Source: Spartobacteria bacterium
Lineage (GTDB): Bacteria; Verrucomicrobiota; Kiritimatiellia; RZYC01
Direction: 5' to 3'
Assembly: GCA_009930475.1 (NCBI GenBank)
Contig: RZYC01000002.1
Span: 1,121-65,120, forward strand
Length of the DNA stretch: 64,000 nucleotides
Part shown: positions 26,422 to 36,764 of the stretch, piece by piece
Position numbering within the stretch: position 1 is the first letter of the stretch
Layout: each line of letters starts with the position of its first letter
Notes under the pieces: generated by a model
Seen by the model: only the letters and a program-made list of their open reading frames with translations
The model's database searches: none
Told to the model about the DNA's origin: nothing
Position numbers and translations under genes: made by a program

Positions 26422-27786
26422 ATGTTTCAACGAATACTTATCGCGAACCGAGGCGAGATTGCGGTGCGTATTATACGTGCCTGTAAAGAATTAGGAATAA
26501 GTACCGTCGCTATTTACTCGCAGGCGGACGAACATTCGCTTCATGTACAGCTGGCCGACGATGCCATATGCGTAGGACCGGCACCGGCCGCCGAAAGCTA
26601 TCTGAAGATTTCCAATATCATCAGTGCCGCTGAAGTGGCTGACGTAGATGCCATTCACCCCGGCTACGGATTCATGTCTGAAAATGCGCACTTTGCGGAG
26701 ATCTGCGAAAACTGCAATATCACCTTTATAGGCCCCTCGCCCGACAACATCCGGCGTATGGGAGATAAGGCCATGGCGCGTGAAACCATGCGCTCCGCCG
26801 GCGTTCCTGTAACCCCCGGAAGTGAAGGAGTCGTCGCCACCAAAGATGAAGCCTTGCGGCTTGCGCAGGATATTGGGTATCCCGTCCTGGTCAAAGCCGT
26901 CTCAGGCGGCGGCGGCAAAGGCATGCGGGTGGCTCATAATGCGGTCAGCCTGGTGCAGGCATTTATGACGGCGGCAAGTGAAGCAGAACGCGCCTTCGGC
27001 GATTCGACGCTCTATTTGGAAAAATATATCGAAAGTGCACGCCACATCGAAGTGCAGCTCATCGGTGATAAACACGGTCACGCCATTCACCTGGGAGAAC
27101 GCGACTGCAGTATCCAGCGGCGACATCAGAAAATGATCGAAGAAGCGCGCTGCCCGGCCCTGAATGATGATGTGCGAGACAAAATGTTTGAAGCCGCCCT
27201 GCTGGCCGCCCATGCGGTGAAATACTCCAGTGTGGGAACGGTTGAATTTCTTTATGATGAAAACGAAAAAAACGCGTATTTCATGGAAATGAATACGCGC
27301 GTTCAAGTGGAGCACCCCGTAACGGAAGAAATCACAGGCGTTGACATCATCAAAGAGCAGATCAAAGTGGCCGCCGGTCATGAATTAAGCTTCAAACAAG
27401 AAGATATTCAATTCAACGGACATGCCATCGAGCTGCGCATCAATGCGGAAGATCCCTATAACAATTTCGCTCCGTCCCCGGGTGTGATTAACTGGATTCA
27501 CTTTCCGGGCGGGAAAGGAGTCCGGGTAGATACCCATGTATATCCCGGCTACATGGTGTCTCCCTATTATGACAGCATGATCGGCAAACTGATCGTGCAT
27601 GGCCATAACAGAGAGTCGGCCATTCAGCGTATGGCGAGTGCCATTGATGAGTTTATGATTGAAGGTGTCTGCACGACCGTGCCTCTGGCACAGACGTTGA
27701 TCGCCGACCCCCGTTTCAAACAGGGCAAATACAACACCCATTTCCTCGATAAGTTCCTTCGGGAAGGTTATTTAGTTCAACGATAA
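26422..27786 (+). CDS. accC: Biotin carboxylase subunit of acetyl-CoA carboxylase
   Basis: MFQRILIANRGEIAVRIIRAC..., ATP-grasp motifs, 454 aa. Confidence 0.95.
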   Translation: MFQRILIANRGEIAVRIIRACKELGISTVAIYSQADEHSLHVQLADDAICVGPAPAAESYLKISNIISAAEVADVDAIHPGYGFMSENAHFAEICENCNITFIGPSPDNIRRMGDKAMARETMRSAGVPVTPGSEGVVATKDEALRLAQDIGYPVLVKAVSGGGGKGMRVAHNAVSLVQAFMTAASEAERAFGDSTLYLEKYIESARHIEVQLIGDKHGHAIHLGERDCSIQRRHQKMIEEARCPALNDDVRDKMFEAALLAAHAVKYSSVGTVEFLYDENEKNAYFMEMNTRVQVEHPVTEEITGVDIIKEQIKVAAGHELSFKQEDIQFNGHAIELRINAEDPYNNFAPSPGVINWIHFPGGKGVRVDTHVYPGYMVSPYYDSMIGKLIVHGHNRESAIQRMASAIDEFMIEGVCTTVPLAQTLIADPRFKQGKYNTHFLDKFLREGYLVQR

Positions 27787-27798
27787 GGAGACATTACC

Positions 27799-28353
27799 AT
27801 GAGAGTTATACATACATTGGTTCGTTGGTTTTTTTATGCATTACTGCTGGCCGAAGCGGCTTTCGCAGTGTACGCCACGATGTTTGATCAGCCGCGGTGG
27901 AGTCAGTTATTGCAACTGGCAAAAGATGAGTGGTTTTTAGCCTTTTTTGGAGGGCTGGTTGTTCTGCTGCTCATGTTGATTTATGTACTGACCTTTACGC
28001 GCAAAAAAGTGCCGTCAAAGAATATATCCTTTGATGGCCCCAACGGCAGAGTGACCATTAGTGTCAAAGCCGTACGAGACTTCGTACAGCGCGTTTCTGC
28101 TGAATTTTCTGAACTGGTCAGCGTGCAGCCGACACTGGAATACGAAGGCAAAGGCCTGCATATCGATTTGGAAGTGCGGGTTATCGACGGAACAAGCCTG
28201 CCTGAACTGAGCCAGGCGCTTCAGGAACGGGTTATCGAGCGGCTGAACGAACAGCTGGGGCTGAAATCGGTTAAATCGGTGAAGGTCAATGTACGTGAAA
28301 TCGTAGACCGCCCGCCCGTGTATACCAAGACCGAAGGGGAAACCTCTCTTTAA
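27799..28353 (+). CDS. Membrane-anchored Asp23/Gls24-like (alkaline shock protein family) protein
   Basis: N-terminal TM helices followed by a segment resembling Asp23 family proteins. Weak assignment. Confidence 0.45.
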   Translation: MRVIHTLVRWFFYALLLAEAAFAVYATMFDQPRWSQLLQLAKDEWFLAFFGGLVVLLLMLIYVLTFTRKKVPSKNISFDGPNGRVTISVKAVRDFVQRVSAEFSELVSVQPTLEYEGKGLHIDLEVRVIDGTSLPELSQALQERVIERLNEQLGLKSVKSVKVNVREIVDRPPVYTKTEGETSL

Positions 28354-28395
28354 TATTTTTTTGCACATAATGCATAGGACAGCAGGAGTTTTTTA

Positions 28396-29310
28396 ATGAC
28401 AGAAAATGATATTCAAGTCGCAGTGGTCGGCTCTATCGGCATCGATACCGTCGAAACACCAAAAGATAAGCGAGTAGATATTCTTGGCGGATCTTCCAGC
28501 TTTGCGGCCGTAGCCGCTGCTTGGTTTGCCAATGTGGGACTGGTGGGTGTGGTCGGCACCGATTTCACAGACCAGTATATGGATATCTATCGCAACGCAG
28601 GCGTTGACCTCGCCGGATTGCAGGTAAAAGAAGGCCAGACCTTCCGCTGGTCGGGCGTATACGAAAACAATATGAACAAACGCCGCACATTGAGCACGGA
28701 ACTTAATGTATTCCAATCGTTTATGCCGGAACTGCCTGAAGCGTATAAAACCGCGCCGTTTCTGTTTTTGGGCAATATTTCACCCGATTTGCAGTTGCAC
28801 GTGCTGAATCAGATGAAAGGAGATGTGTTTTCGCTGGTGGACACCATGGATCTGTGGATCAACACCGCCCGCAAAGACCTGGATGAGGTGGTCAAACGTG
28901 TCGACATGCTCACGCTTAACGATGCCGAAGCCCGCCAATATACCGGCGAAGATAATATCATTAAGGCAGCAAAAATGATGCTGGAGCGCGGACCAGCACA
29001 CGTTCTGATCAAAAAAGGTGAACACGGCAGCATCCTGTTCTCCAAGGAAGACACCTTCCTGATGTCGGCCTTCCCCATTGAATCACTGGTCGACCCAACC
29101 GGTGCCGGAGATACATTTGCCGGCGCACTGATCGGCGCACTGGCCCGATCCGGTTCTGTTTCGCATGAAACGCTGCGCGAAGCGATTATGTATGGCAATA
29201 TTATTGCCTCTTTTGTTGTAGAGGACTTCAGTCTGAATCGGCTCATCACGCTGGATATGGATCAGATTGAAGAACGGGCAAGCCTTTTCTGCGATATGAT
29301 CTGCATTTAA
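28396..29310 (+). CDS. PfkB-family carbohydrate kinase (ribokinase-like)
   Basis: N-terminal VAVVGSIGIDTV and C-terminal DPTGAGDTFAGALIGAL anion-hole motif. Confidence 0.75.
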   Translation: MTENDIQVAVVGSIGIDTVETPKDKRVDILGGSSSFAAVAAAWFANVGLVGVVGTDFTDQYMDIYRNAGVDLAGLQVKEGQTFRWSGVYENNMNKRRTLSTELNVFQSFMPELPEAYKTAPFLFLGNISPDLQLHVLNQMKGDVFSLVDTMDLWINTARKDLDEVVKRVDMLTLNDAEARQYTGEDNIIKAAKMMLERGPAHVLIKKGEHGSILFSKEDTFLMSAFPIESLVDPTGAGDTFAGALIGALARSGSVSHETLREAIMYGNIIASFVVEDFSLNRLITLDMDQIEERASLFCDMICI

Positions 29311-29393
29311 GCGTTACCTATTGCAAAGAGCGTATCTGCTGTGTTCGCCAACGGATCGCACCCGCAATGTTGCGGGTCGCGCGCGCGCGAATA

Positions 29394-29490
29394 AAAGTTC
29401 CAATGTCTGGAAGTTTTTTCAAAAAAAGTTCCAATCATTGGAACTTTTTGTAAATCCGTCATGGGAAAAGTTCCAATCATTGGAACTTTT
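29394..29490. repeat. Cluster of three REP-like palindromes (BIME-like) between the pfkB-family gene and kdtA
   Basis: Copies at 29394-29420 (variant gttccaatgtctggaag), 29421-29450 and 29466-29490 (both perfect gttccaatcattggaac). An independent GC hairpin acccgcaatgttgcgggt lies at about 29361-29378. ORF 29321-29506 is a translation artefact of these repeats. Confidence 0.75.
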
Positions 29491-29549
29491 AAATGGTTGC
29501 CCCTGATGCGACAGGACGCTATTGTTCGTTTTTTGAATTTTGAGAGTAC

Positions 29550-30881
29550 ATGATGAATAAAACGATGCTCCGGCTGGTTTACAACACCCTTTTCCCTTTG
29601 TGTTTTTTATGTCTTGTGCCGCGCTTTCTGATGAGAATGAAACGGCGCGGCGGCTATAAAAAAGACTTCGGTCAACGCTTCGGGTTATATCGGCCTGATG
29701 TATTGCAGCACCTGACACAGCAACAGAACAGTATCTGGATTCAGGCCGTCAGTGTAGGCGAAATATTTATTGCACTTGAATTCATCGACACCTACCGGAA
29801 GGCCTGCCCTGACGCGCACTTCGTTTTATCCACGAATACATCAACAGCCTATGCCATCGGCAAAAAAAGGGTTTCTTCCCAAGATGCCATTATTTATTTT
29901 CCGCTAGATATGTCCCTGATCATACGTAAGGTTTTTCGAATCATCAGGCCGGCGGCAATCATTCTCGTTGAATGCGAATTATGGCCCAACCTTATTAATC
30001 TCGCCGCACAAAAACATATCCCCACCATGTTATTGAACGGGAGAATGTCGGATCACTCGTTCAGAGGCTACCGAAAATTGCACTGGTTTACCCGGGCTCT
30101 CCTGCAGGATGTTCAGCTCCTGCTGGTTCAGACCCGCGCCGACGCACAACGATTCATTGAACTCGGCGCATCGCCGGAACGCCTTCATATTACCGGTTCA
30201 GCTAAATACGATGTAATCAAACGGGATGTGCCGGGAGAACAGCGTACAGAATCTGCACTGAAACAGATGGGCTGGTCGCCGCAAACCCGCATACTGCTGG
30301 GCGGCTCCACGTGGGATGGCGAAGAAACGATTCTTGCAGAAATCTATGTTGAATTAAAACAAACCTATCCCGACCTGTTGCTGGTGCTCATTCCGCGTCA
30401 TGCAGAACGTCGGAACGCCGTGTGCGCGGTTCTGGATGAACTCCATTTAAAAGTGCTGCGACGTACCGATATGACCGAAACATCGACGCATGAGCGCCCT
30501 GATGTACTGCTTGTGGATACCACCGGCGAGATGAAAAACTTCTTTTCCTGCGCTGATATCATTTTTATTGGCAAGAGCTTAACGCAGAATGGCGGACAAA
30601 ATATCATTGAACCGGCGTTCTATGGAAAAACGGTTATCGTCGGACCGAATATGCAGAATTTCCCCGGTGTTATGATCGATTTCCTTGTGGCAAAAGCAGT
30701 CGTACAAGTGCAGAACAGACAGGAGCTGAAACAGCAATTTCTTCATTTTATGGAAAATCCGGAATCGGGCAAAGCACTGGGACGCAATGCGGCTGCCCTC
30801 GTGGAAAAGAAATCGGGTTCCTTGAAAAAATCTGCCGCATGTATTGCTCAACATATCACTTTGCCTACCCCCGGTGTGTAA
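29550..30881 (+). CDS. kdtA: 3-deoxy-D-manno-octulosonic acid (Kdo) transferase
   Basis: WIQAVSVGE...ILVECELWPNLI... N-terminal motifs of WaaA/KdtA, and a C-terminal GT-B domain. Confidence 0.85.
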   Translation: MMNKTMLRLVYNTLFPLCFLCLVPRFLMRMKRRGGYKKDFGQRFGLYRPDVLQHLTQQQNSIWIQAVSVGEIFIALEFIDTYRKACPDAHFVLSTNTSTAYAIGKKRVSSQDAIIYFPLDMSLIIRKVFRIIRPAAIILVECELWPNLINLAAQKHIPTMLLNGRMSDHSFRGYRKLHWFTRALLQDVQLLLVQTRADAQRFIELGASPERLHITGSAKYDVIKRDVPGEQRTESALKQMGWSPQTRILLGGSTWDGEETILAEIYVELKQTYPDLLLVLIPRHAERRNAVCAVLDELHLKVLRRTDMTETSTHERPDVLLVDTTGEMKNFFSCADIIFIGKSLTQNGGQNIIEPAFYGKTVIVGPNMQNFPGVMIDFLVAKAVVQVQNRQELKQQFLHFMENPESGKALGRNAAALVEKKSGSLKKSAACIAQHITLPTPGV

Positions 30882-32153
30882 ATGGAACGTAAAGTACGTA
30901 AAAACACGATCTCTCTCTGGGTAACGATCATGGTTGTTCTGTTTATCCTGTCGCAAATCGGGCTCGTCGCATACTTTCAAATCCTGCGCGTGGAGAGCAT
31001 AAAGCGAGCGGCGCAAATGGCTGAACAAACGCCGGAAGAATCCATTTCATTGCCAACGCAAACGCCTCCAGTCAATCCAACGGTTCCGCCGGTTGTTCCA
31101 ACACGAAAACCTGCGGCAACCAGCACGCCGCGGCAACCGACGGCTGCTGCAACGGCAACTCCCACCCCCTGGCCTACGTCAACGCCGTCCCCCACTCCTA
31201 CTCCCGCTGCAACGGCAACTCCAACCCCCTGGCCTACGTCAACGCCGTCCCCTACCCCCACAGCGACTGCTTCACCCACCCCCCGGCCCACATCAACACC
31301 TACACCACAACCCACGTCAACCCCGACACCATGGCCCACGTCAACCCCTGCACCAAAACCAACGTTGACCCCGACACCATGGCCCACATGGACTCCTGCA
31401 CCAAAACCCACATGGACGCCCACGCCGCGACCACGTCCCACAGCAACTCCCACACGTCGACCGCGCCCCACCAGAACGCCCATCCCCACGCCAACCCCTA
31501 CGCCTACGCCTACCCCCACGCCCTGGCCCACGCCAACACGTACTCCAAGACCGAGGCCGACCTATACTCCCGTCCCCACCTTGACACCCACACCACTCCC
31601 GCGACCAACCGCAACGCCACAACCAACCAGAAAACCCAGACCCAAACGAACACCCCGGATCTATCTCACTGTCACTCCGGAACCGCGACCAACCAAACGA
31701 TCTCTGCTTGATATTCTGCCCAAAGTCGTAACAGTTCGTCAGCAGCAGATACGCATCGTTTCCGCCGATGAACGACGTTTTCACCCTCAAAAAGACGCCG
31801 ACGAAACGCGTGTACTTACGCTGAAATTTGTCGTTGATCCCGATATCCAATTTATTAAAAATGAAAAAGCGCAGATAGATGTCATATTCTATGATCTGTT
31901 GGCGAACAGAGATAAACCCACCAAATCATGCCGCTTTTCGATCAAGCTCCCCTTGGCGGATGTCATCAGAAAGCAGCAGAGCTGGGTCTTTTCGGTCAAT
32001 GCAAACTATACCATTCCCAAAGGACGCCGCGCACTGGACAAGGCCAAATACGGCGTGGAACCACATTATTATGGTTATGTTGCATCCATTGAATACGGCG
32101 GCGTTATTCAGGACACCCTCTCACGTCCGGATAAGCTACGTACGCTGGAGTAA
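30882..32153 (+). CDS. Membrane-anchored protein with an approximately 250-aa Pro/Thr-rich tandem-repeat linker and a C-terminal globular domain of unknown function
   Basis: N-terminal TM anchor [21 protein letters not shown]. Repeats [16 protein letters not shown].../[11 protein letters not shown].... The ATG directly follows the kdtA TAA (gtgTAAATGgaa). The antisense G/V-rich ORFs 30977-31531 and 31341-31850 are rejected. Confidence 0.6.
   Translation: MERKVRKNTISLWVTIMVVLFILSQIGLVAYFQILRVESIKRAAQMAEQTPEESISLPTQTPPVNPTVPPVVPTRKPAATSTPRQPTAAATATPTPWPTSTPSPTPTPAATATPTPWPTSTPSPTPTATASPTPRPTSTPTPQPTSTPTPWPTSTPAPKPTLTPTPWPTWTPAPKPTWTPTPRPRPTATPTRRPRPTRTPIPTPTPTPTPTPTPWPTPTRTPRPRPTYTPVPTLTPTPLPRPTATPQPTRKPRPKRTPRIYLTVTPEPRPTKRSLLDILPKVVTVRQQQIRIVSADERRFHPQKDADETRVLTLKFVVDPDIQFIKNEKAQIDVIFYDLLANRDKPTKSCRFSIKLPLADVIRKQQSWVFSVNANYTIPKGRRALDKAKYGVEPHYYGYVASIEYGGVIQDTLSRPDKLRTLE
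31146..31265. repeat. Near-perfect 60-nt tandem duplication (2 copies, 3 mismatches) inside the Pro/Thr linker coding region. The wider region 31100-31700 is a degenerate repeat array.
   Basis: gctgcaacggcaactcccaccccctggcctacgtcaacgccgtcccccactcctactccc repeated. Encodes [20 protein letters not shown] twice. Confidence 0.8.
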
Positions 32154-32158
32154 ATAAA

Positions 32159-33007
32159 ATGAATCATTCCATATCGCTTATTCTTGAGGGCGGAGGATTG
32201 CGAGGCATCTATTCCGCAGGCATTCTTGAATGTCTAATGGATGCGCATATCCAGTTTCCTGCAGTTTACGGCGTGTCTATGGGCGCCTGCAATGCCGCCA
32301 ATTTTATTTCGGGGCAAGCAAAACGAAATCGCTGCGTCAGCATTGATTATGTCAATGATCCGCGCTACCTGAGCTTTCGGCGTCTGTTCTCTCACGGGGA
32401 GCTTTTCGGCATGGATTTCATTTTCGATACATTGCCTAATAAACTGAATCTTTTCGATTATGATGCTTTTTTCAAGAATCCAGCACGATTTGTTATCGGA
32501 ACCACGGACATCGTTACCGGTAAAGCCATCTATTACGAAAAAAACAATCAATCTGATATCCTTCGCATTCTACAGGCATCCAGCAGCTTACCGATGATTT
32601 CAAAACCTGTTCATCACGATGGACGCCTCCTCATGGATGGAGGGCTGGCTGATGCCATTCCCCTTGCTAAAAGCATCGAAGACGGGAATACCAAACACGT
32701 CATTATTCTCACCCGCCCCGCATCCTACCGAAAAGAAAAAACGCGCGTTGCCACTTTTATGCCGCTTCTCTACCATCGCTATCCCGGCTTATGCCACTGC
32801 CTTAAAACACGACATATACGCTACAATAAAACACTGGATGATATCGCAGCCCGCGAACAAGCCGACGAGGTATTTGTATTCCGCCCTGAAACTGCTTTAC
32901 GTCCGCGGCGAATAGAACGCAATCAAGAGCTGCTCCATGAAGCGTATGACATCGGCTATCAGCAGGCTAAAAAAGCACTCCCGCTACTACTGGAATTCCT
33001 CAAATAA
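32159..33007 (+). CDS. Patatin-like phospholipase
   Basis: Oxyanion LEGGGLRG, nucleophile elbow GVSMGA, catalytic-dyad Asp in MDGGL. Confidence 0.8.
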   Translation: MNHSISLILEGGGLRGIYSAGILECLMDAHIQFPAVYGVSMGACNAANFISGQAKRNRCVSIDYVNDPRYLSFRRLFSHGELFGMDFIFDTLPNKLNLFDYDAFFKNPARFVIGTTDIVTGKAIYYEKNNQSDILRILQASSSLPMISKPVHHDGRLLMDGGLADAIPLAKSIEDGNTKHVIILTRPASYRKEKTRVATFMPLLYHRYPGLCHCLKTRHIRYNKTLDDIAAREQADEVFVFRPETALRPRRIERNQELLHEAYDIGYQQAKKALPLLLEFLK

Positions 33008-33785
33008 ACGCCTTAACCTGCCCGATAATCTGTTCTGGCTGCTCCACAATCATCATATGAGCCGATATGATGGACACCAAACGGGCATCCGATAACCGTT
33101 CTGCCAAGGCTCTCACATATCCCGCAGGGACTAACAGATCCTTTGTCCCTGCCAATAAAAGGACCGATTGATGTACTTTTGATAACGCACTGCGCACATC
33201 ACAGTGCATTAAAGCCGCAATCTGATTTTCAAAAGCATACAAAGCCTGTACCGGTTTCTGCGACGCCGCAAACGATACCATATCATCCACCAGCGCGCGA
33301 TTTGCCAGTAGAGAATCAGAGAATAACCAAGGCATAATAATCTGAAATAACGCCCCCTGCGACAGGCCGTTCCGCCACAATTGTGCGTTGGTCTGAAAAG
33401 GAAACAAGGCACCAGCACGCAAGAAACTAAACGGATTACACAACACCAGTTTTAAAACTCGTGCAGGGTACTGTGAAGCCATTGACAAGGCCACCGCCGT
33501 TCCCATGGAATGCCCCATTAGCACAGCAGAATCAATCTCCAGTGCGTCCATAAGTCCAATGACATCTGCGGCCATCTGCTCAATGCTGTAGGGTTCTTTG
33601 GGCGACGTTGTCCTGCCAATACCGCGCGGATCAAACCGAATCAGCTGATATGCGGATCTCAATCCGGGCACCATCGCCCCCCAGACTTCATGAGTCGATG
33701 CCAGACCGGGCAGGCAAACAAGTGGAATCCCCTTCCCTTCTTTTTGATAAAACATATCAATTCCATTTACATGTACTGTACTCAT
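33000..33785 (-). CDS. Alpha/beta-fold hydrolase
   Basis: Nucleophile elbow GHSMGT and an HGxP-like N-terminus (LPGLASTHEVW). 261 aa. Confidence 0.7.
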   Translation of the reverse strand: MSTVHVNGIDMFYQKEGKGIPLVCLPGLASTHEVWGAMVPGLRSAYQLIRFDPRGIGRTTSPKEPYSIEQMAADVIGLMDALEIDSAVLMGHSMGTAVALSMASQYPARVLKLVLCNPFSFLRAGALFPFQTNAQLWRNGLSQGALFQIIMPWLFSDSLLANRALVDDMVSFAASQKPVQALYAFENQIAALMHCDVRSALSKVHQSVLLLAGTKDLLVPAGYVRALAERLSDARLVSIISAHMMIVEQPEQIIGQVKAFI

Positions 33786-33827
33786 AGAATTACCTCACAT
33801 AACTTCTCAATTATTAATCTAACCATT

Positions 33828-34787
33828 CTACCAATCAACAAGTTCCCTTACCGCATACAAATGATTCCATCCCCCTTTAAATTTCCGTGAACCGCACGTC
33901 CTTTTGGAACCAAAAGCATCCCGATTCTCCTCAAAAAACGCCTCAACAAATGCCTCGCCGCCCACAACCCGTCCATCGGTAAAATAGCGACAGCGACACA
34001 TCAACCGTTCGAAATCTGTCAGTTTTAACCGCGCTCCCAGTTTTTTTCGTAAATAATCATGATCTGTACACGCCCGTTCAGGATGTCGACGAACCTCATC
34101 ATACATCAAAATACGTTCCAAATAGAACGTAGATACATCATTCCACTCACGTAGTGCAGCTTCCATCGTCATGACCAGCTTCCGAATCCCCCGCTGTGCC
34201 GTGGCCAACCCTCTCATCGCCTCGCCAAAACCACAATACTTGTAATGCTGAGGCTCAGTCACCATACCAGCACGCACAGGATTCATCTCTATATAGGCGG
34301 ACACCACACGCAACGGCGTACCCTCTTCGACCCATACACTTTTAAAACGGTCATCCCATAAGGTTCCCTTCCGCTGATGCACCCGGTTATACCAACGAGC
34401 AAAACGCTGCTTAACCTGCTTCATAAATTCGCTGATATCGTGCATTCGGCGCACATACCGCAGCCGGTCTGCCTCAACAGATGCATCATCCCACATAGAC
34501 CACATCTCATACAATGCAGCTAACTCATCATCCGAATAAAAACACGCCATCCGACACCGAAACACGTCATCTGAAACAACTTCGTCGCGATCCGGCTCTT
34601 CCAGCAGCAAATGCACATGATTCGACATAACTGCGTACGTCAACACATGCACACCCGTAAATCCCTCCACCCGCCGAATCAATGCACGCATATGTTCTTT
34701 CTCGACCTCCCCAAACAGCAGCAACTGCCCCGCAGTTCGACTCATGCAGTGATAATACGCCTTCTCTTTTCGTTTGATTCGTTTCAT
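33828..34787 (-). CDS. IS200/IS605-family Y1 HUH transposase, RAYT-like (REP-associated tyrosine transposase), with a long C-terminal extension (319 aa)
   Basis: HUH motif NHVHLLLE. RAYT-type block GTLWDDRFKSVWVE...LRVVSAYIEMNPVRAGMV, which includes the candidate catalytic Tyr. Paralog of the 54049-55029 gene. Confidence 0.7.
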   Translation of the reverse strand: MKRIKRKEKAYYHCMSRTAGQLLLFGEVEKEHMRALIRRVEGFTGVHVLTYAVMSNHVHLLLEEPDRDEVVSDDVFRCRMACFYSDDELAALYEMWSMWDDASVEADRLRYVRRMHDISEFMKQVKQRFARWYNRVHQRKGTLWDDRFKSVWVEEGTPLRVVSAYIEMNPVRAGMVTEPQHYKYCGFGEAMRGLATAQRGIRKLVMTMEAALREWNDVSTFYLERILMYDEVRRHPERACTDHDYLRKKLGARLKLTDFERLMCRCRYFTDGRVVGGEAFVEAFFEENRDAFGSKRTCGSRKFKGGWNHLYAVRELVDW

Positions 34788-34915
34788 GCCAGGAATAATT
34801 ATTTAAATACTTCCGAATGTCAACCTGAAAATTATTATTAACCTGTTTTATATTCTTTATACCGCAAAAAAACCATGGGATATCCCATGGTTGTATATTA
34901 AATGATTATGGCTAC

Positions 34916-36697
34916 CTACGCATCTTCGCGGACACTAAATTCCAGCTTCCATTTATCGTCAGAAACAGTGCTGACGCACCAGAGTTCGAACATTCCCAGT
35001 TCAGTGATGCGCGATTCGAATGTGACGGGAACGAATTCATCATCCACTTTTTCCGATTTGGGGAGCGTGGCCTCCATCGAATCAGATTCTTCCAACTCGT
35101 TAGAATTCCAGCGGGGCAGGAGCGCGCCCGCAACATCTTCTTTGCGTGTGTTGGAGCTGAAAAACCGGAACTTCACGGGCTCTCCAACAACTAGGCCAAT
35201 GTCGCCACCGGGAACCTGACACGCCGTACCTTCTTCCATGCCACACGGTACAACGCACAACGCTTTTAGTGGACGCGGGGCTCCGGGAATGGCCAATCCT
35301 GCTGTTTCGATGCCAATATAATAGGCATGGGCTGTTCCGCCACGAATGCGAATTCCTCCACTTTGTTTGGTAAATCCGTAAAAGGCCGCTCCGCGAGCTA
35401 CCGCGTAATCGAGGTCTTTGTTACTGGTGATCTGCTGAATCTGACTATCGCTGTACCAAGACTGCAGAACAGACAACACCTTATCACGCAAGGCATTGGA
35501 TTTCAAAACGCCACCATTGAACAACACATGGGTCGGCTTGGCCGGCTGTCCACCTGCTCCATGACTGGATAAAAAAGATGCTAAGTGCCGTGTTATGGCG
35601 GCATCTGATTCGAATGGCAGTCCCAGTTCGCGAAAGCCCGAAGCCATCCTACGCGCCGGTCTATCCGAAAGAGTACATTCGGGGGCAAATCCATCAATCA
35701 ATAACTGTGTTATTTCATCGCGGTTTAAATCAACAGAAATACTACCGCCAATCAGTTTGCTGCCACGTCCGAGAACTGTCACAGGAAACGTCGTGTCGCC
35801 ACCTTCAGTCAACAGGCTTTCCTTAGCACTGCGACAGGAATGCCACAGAGCAACAGACTGCCAAGCATCAACTTCTGTTCCTTTCTCGGCAAAGGCTTCG
35901 CGGGCATAATGCGCCAGCGTCAAGTCCATGTTATCTCCGCCTACGAGAATATGATCCCCCACAGCGACGCGCTGTAACTGTAAATCACCTTCTTCGCTGG
36001 CAATCTGAACAAGGGTAAAATCAGTAGTTCCGCCACCCACATCGCAAACAAGCAGCGAATCGCCCTCATCGAGATTTTTACGCCAGTCGTCACCGACATC
36101 GGCCAGCCAGGCATAAACGGCGGCCTGCGGTTCTTCCAACAGGACAAAATCCGTCGGAAATCCTGCAGCGAGGGCTGCTTCATGGGTGAGTTCACGGGCA
36201 CTGACATCGAAGGACGCAGGAACCGTCAACACTACCTGCTGATCAGCAAAGGCCTCATCATTATGGGCATCATTCCAAGCATCCACCATATGTGACAGAT
36301 AGATACGGGTCGCATCCAGCGGAGAAATCTTCGCAATATCCTCCGGAGCATTCCACGGCAGAATCGCATCCTTACGATCTGCCTTATTGTAGCATAACCA
36401 GGATTTAGCTGCGGCCACGGTACGAATCGGATTATCTGCCGACTGTTTGCGTGCCCATGTTCCTACGACATAAGCAGGATCGGTGTCCCACGGAAGGGAA
36501 TACGTTCCTTCTGTTTTTTCATTTTCTAGCGGAATATAGAGGAACGAGGGTAGTTCATTCTTCGATTCCACGGTTCCGGGTGCCGTGATTTGAGGGATGG
36601 GCAATAACTCGACACCGGCCTCGGCATCATCCATATTGCGAAATGCAACCACACTGTTTGTTGTACCTAAGTCGATACCAATCGCGTATTTTTTCAT
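34916..36697 (-). CDS. Hsp70-family ATPase (HscC/DnaK-like, atypical substrate-binding domain)
   Basis: MKKYAIGIDLGTTNSVVAF (phosphate-1), DVGGGTTDFTLV (phosphate-2). The ATG is the complement of 36695-36697, with a GGAGG-like site upstream. The ORF-track N-terminal extension of 97 aa is rejected. Confidence 0.85.
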   Translation of the reverse strand: MKKYAIGIDLGTTNSVVAFRNMDDAEAGVELLPIPQITAPGTVESKNELPSFLYIPLENEKTEGTYSLPWDTDPAYVVGTWARKQSADNPIRTVAAAKSWLCYNKADRKDAILPWNAPEDIAKISPLDATRIYLSHMVDAWNDAHNDEAFADQQVVLTVPASFDVSARELTHEAALAAGFPTDFVLLEEPQAAVYAWLADVGDDWRKNLDEGDSLLVCDVGGGTTDFTLVQIASEEGDLQLQRVAVGDHILVGGDNMDLTLAHYAREAFAEKGTEVDAWQSVALWHSCRSAKESLLTEGGDTTFPVTVLGRGSKLIGGSISVDLNRDEITQLLIDGFAPECTLSDRPARRMASGFRELGLPFESDAAITRHLASFLSSHGAGGQPAKPTHVLFNGGVLKSNALRDKVLSVLQSWYSDSQIQQITSNKDLDYAVARGAAFYGFTKQSGGIRIRGGTAHAYYIGIETAGLAIPGAPRPLKALCVVPCGMEEGTACQVPGGDIGLVVGEPVKFRFFSSNTRKEDVAGALLPRWNSNELEESDSMEATLPKSEKVDDEFVPVTFESRITELGMFELWCVSTVSDDKWKLEFSVREDA

Positions 36698-36764
36698 GAG
36701 AAACCTCCATATAAAGGTGAGAGGATATATAAATTGAATTGAATGGGAAAACGGAAGCGTCTGC

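Noticed and set aside
29321-29506. 61-aa ORF (and similar ORFs 63120-63326 and 63233-63544) encoding ...KKFQSLELF.../...KVPIIGK...
   Set aside because: They are pure translations of the tandem REP palindromes. The same peptide strings recur wherever the repeat occurs. No independent start or RBS context.
30977-31850. Gly/Val/Arg-rich ORFs (184 aa at 30977-31531 and 169 aa at 31341-31850) on the minus strand
   Set aside because: They are antisense to the Pro/Thr repeat linker. Low-complexity repeats are open in several frames. They have no start context, and the sense-strand gene has a TM anchor, a coupled start and a defined C-terminal domain.
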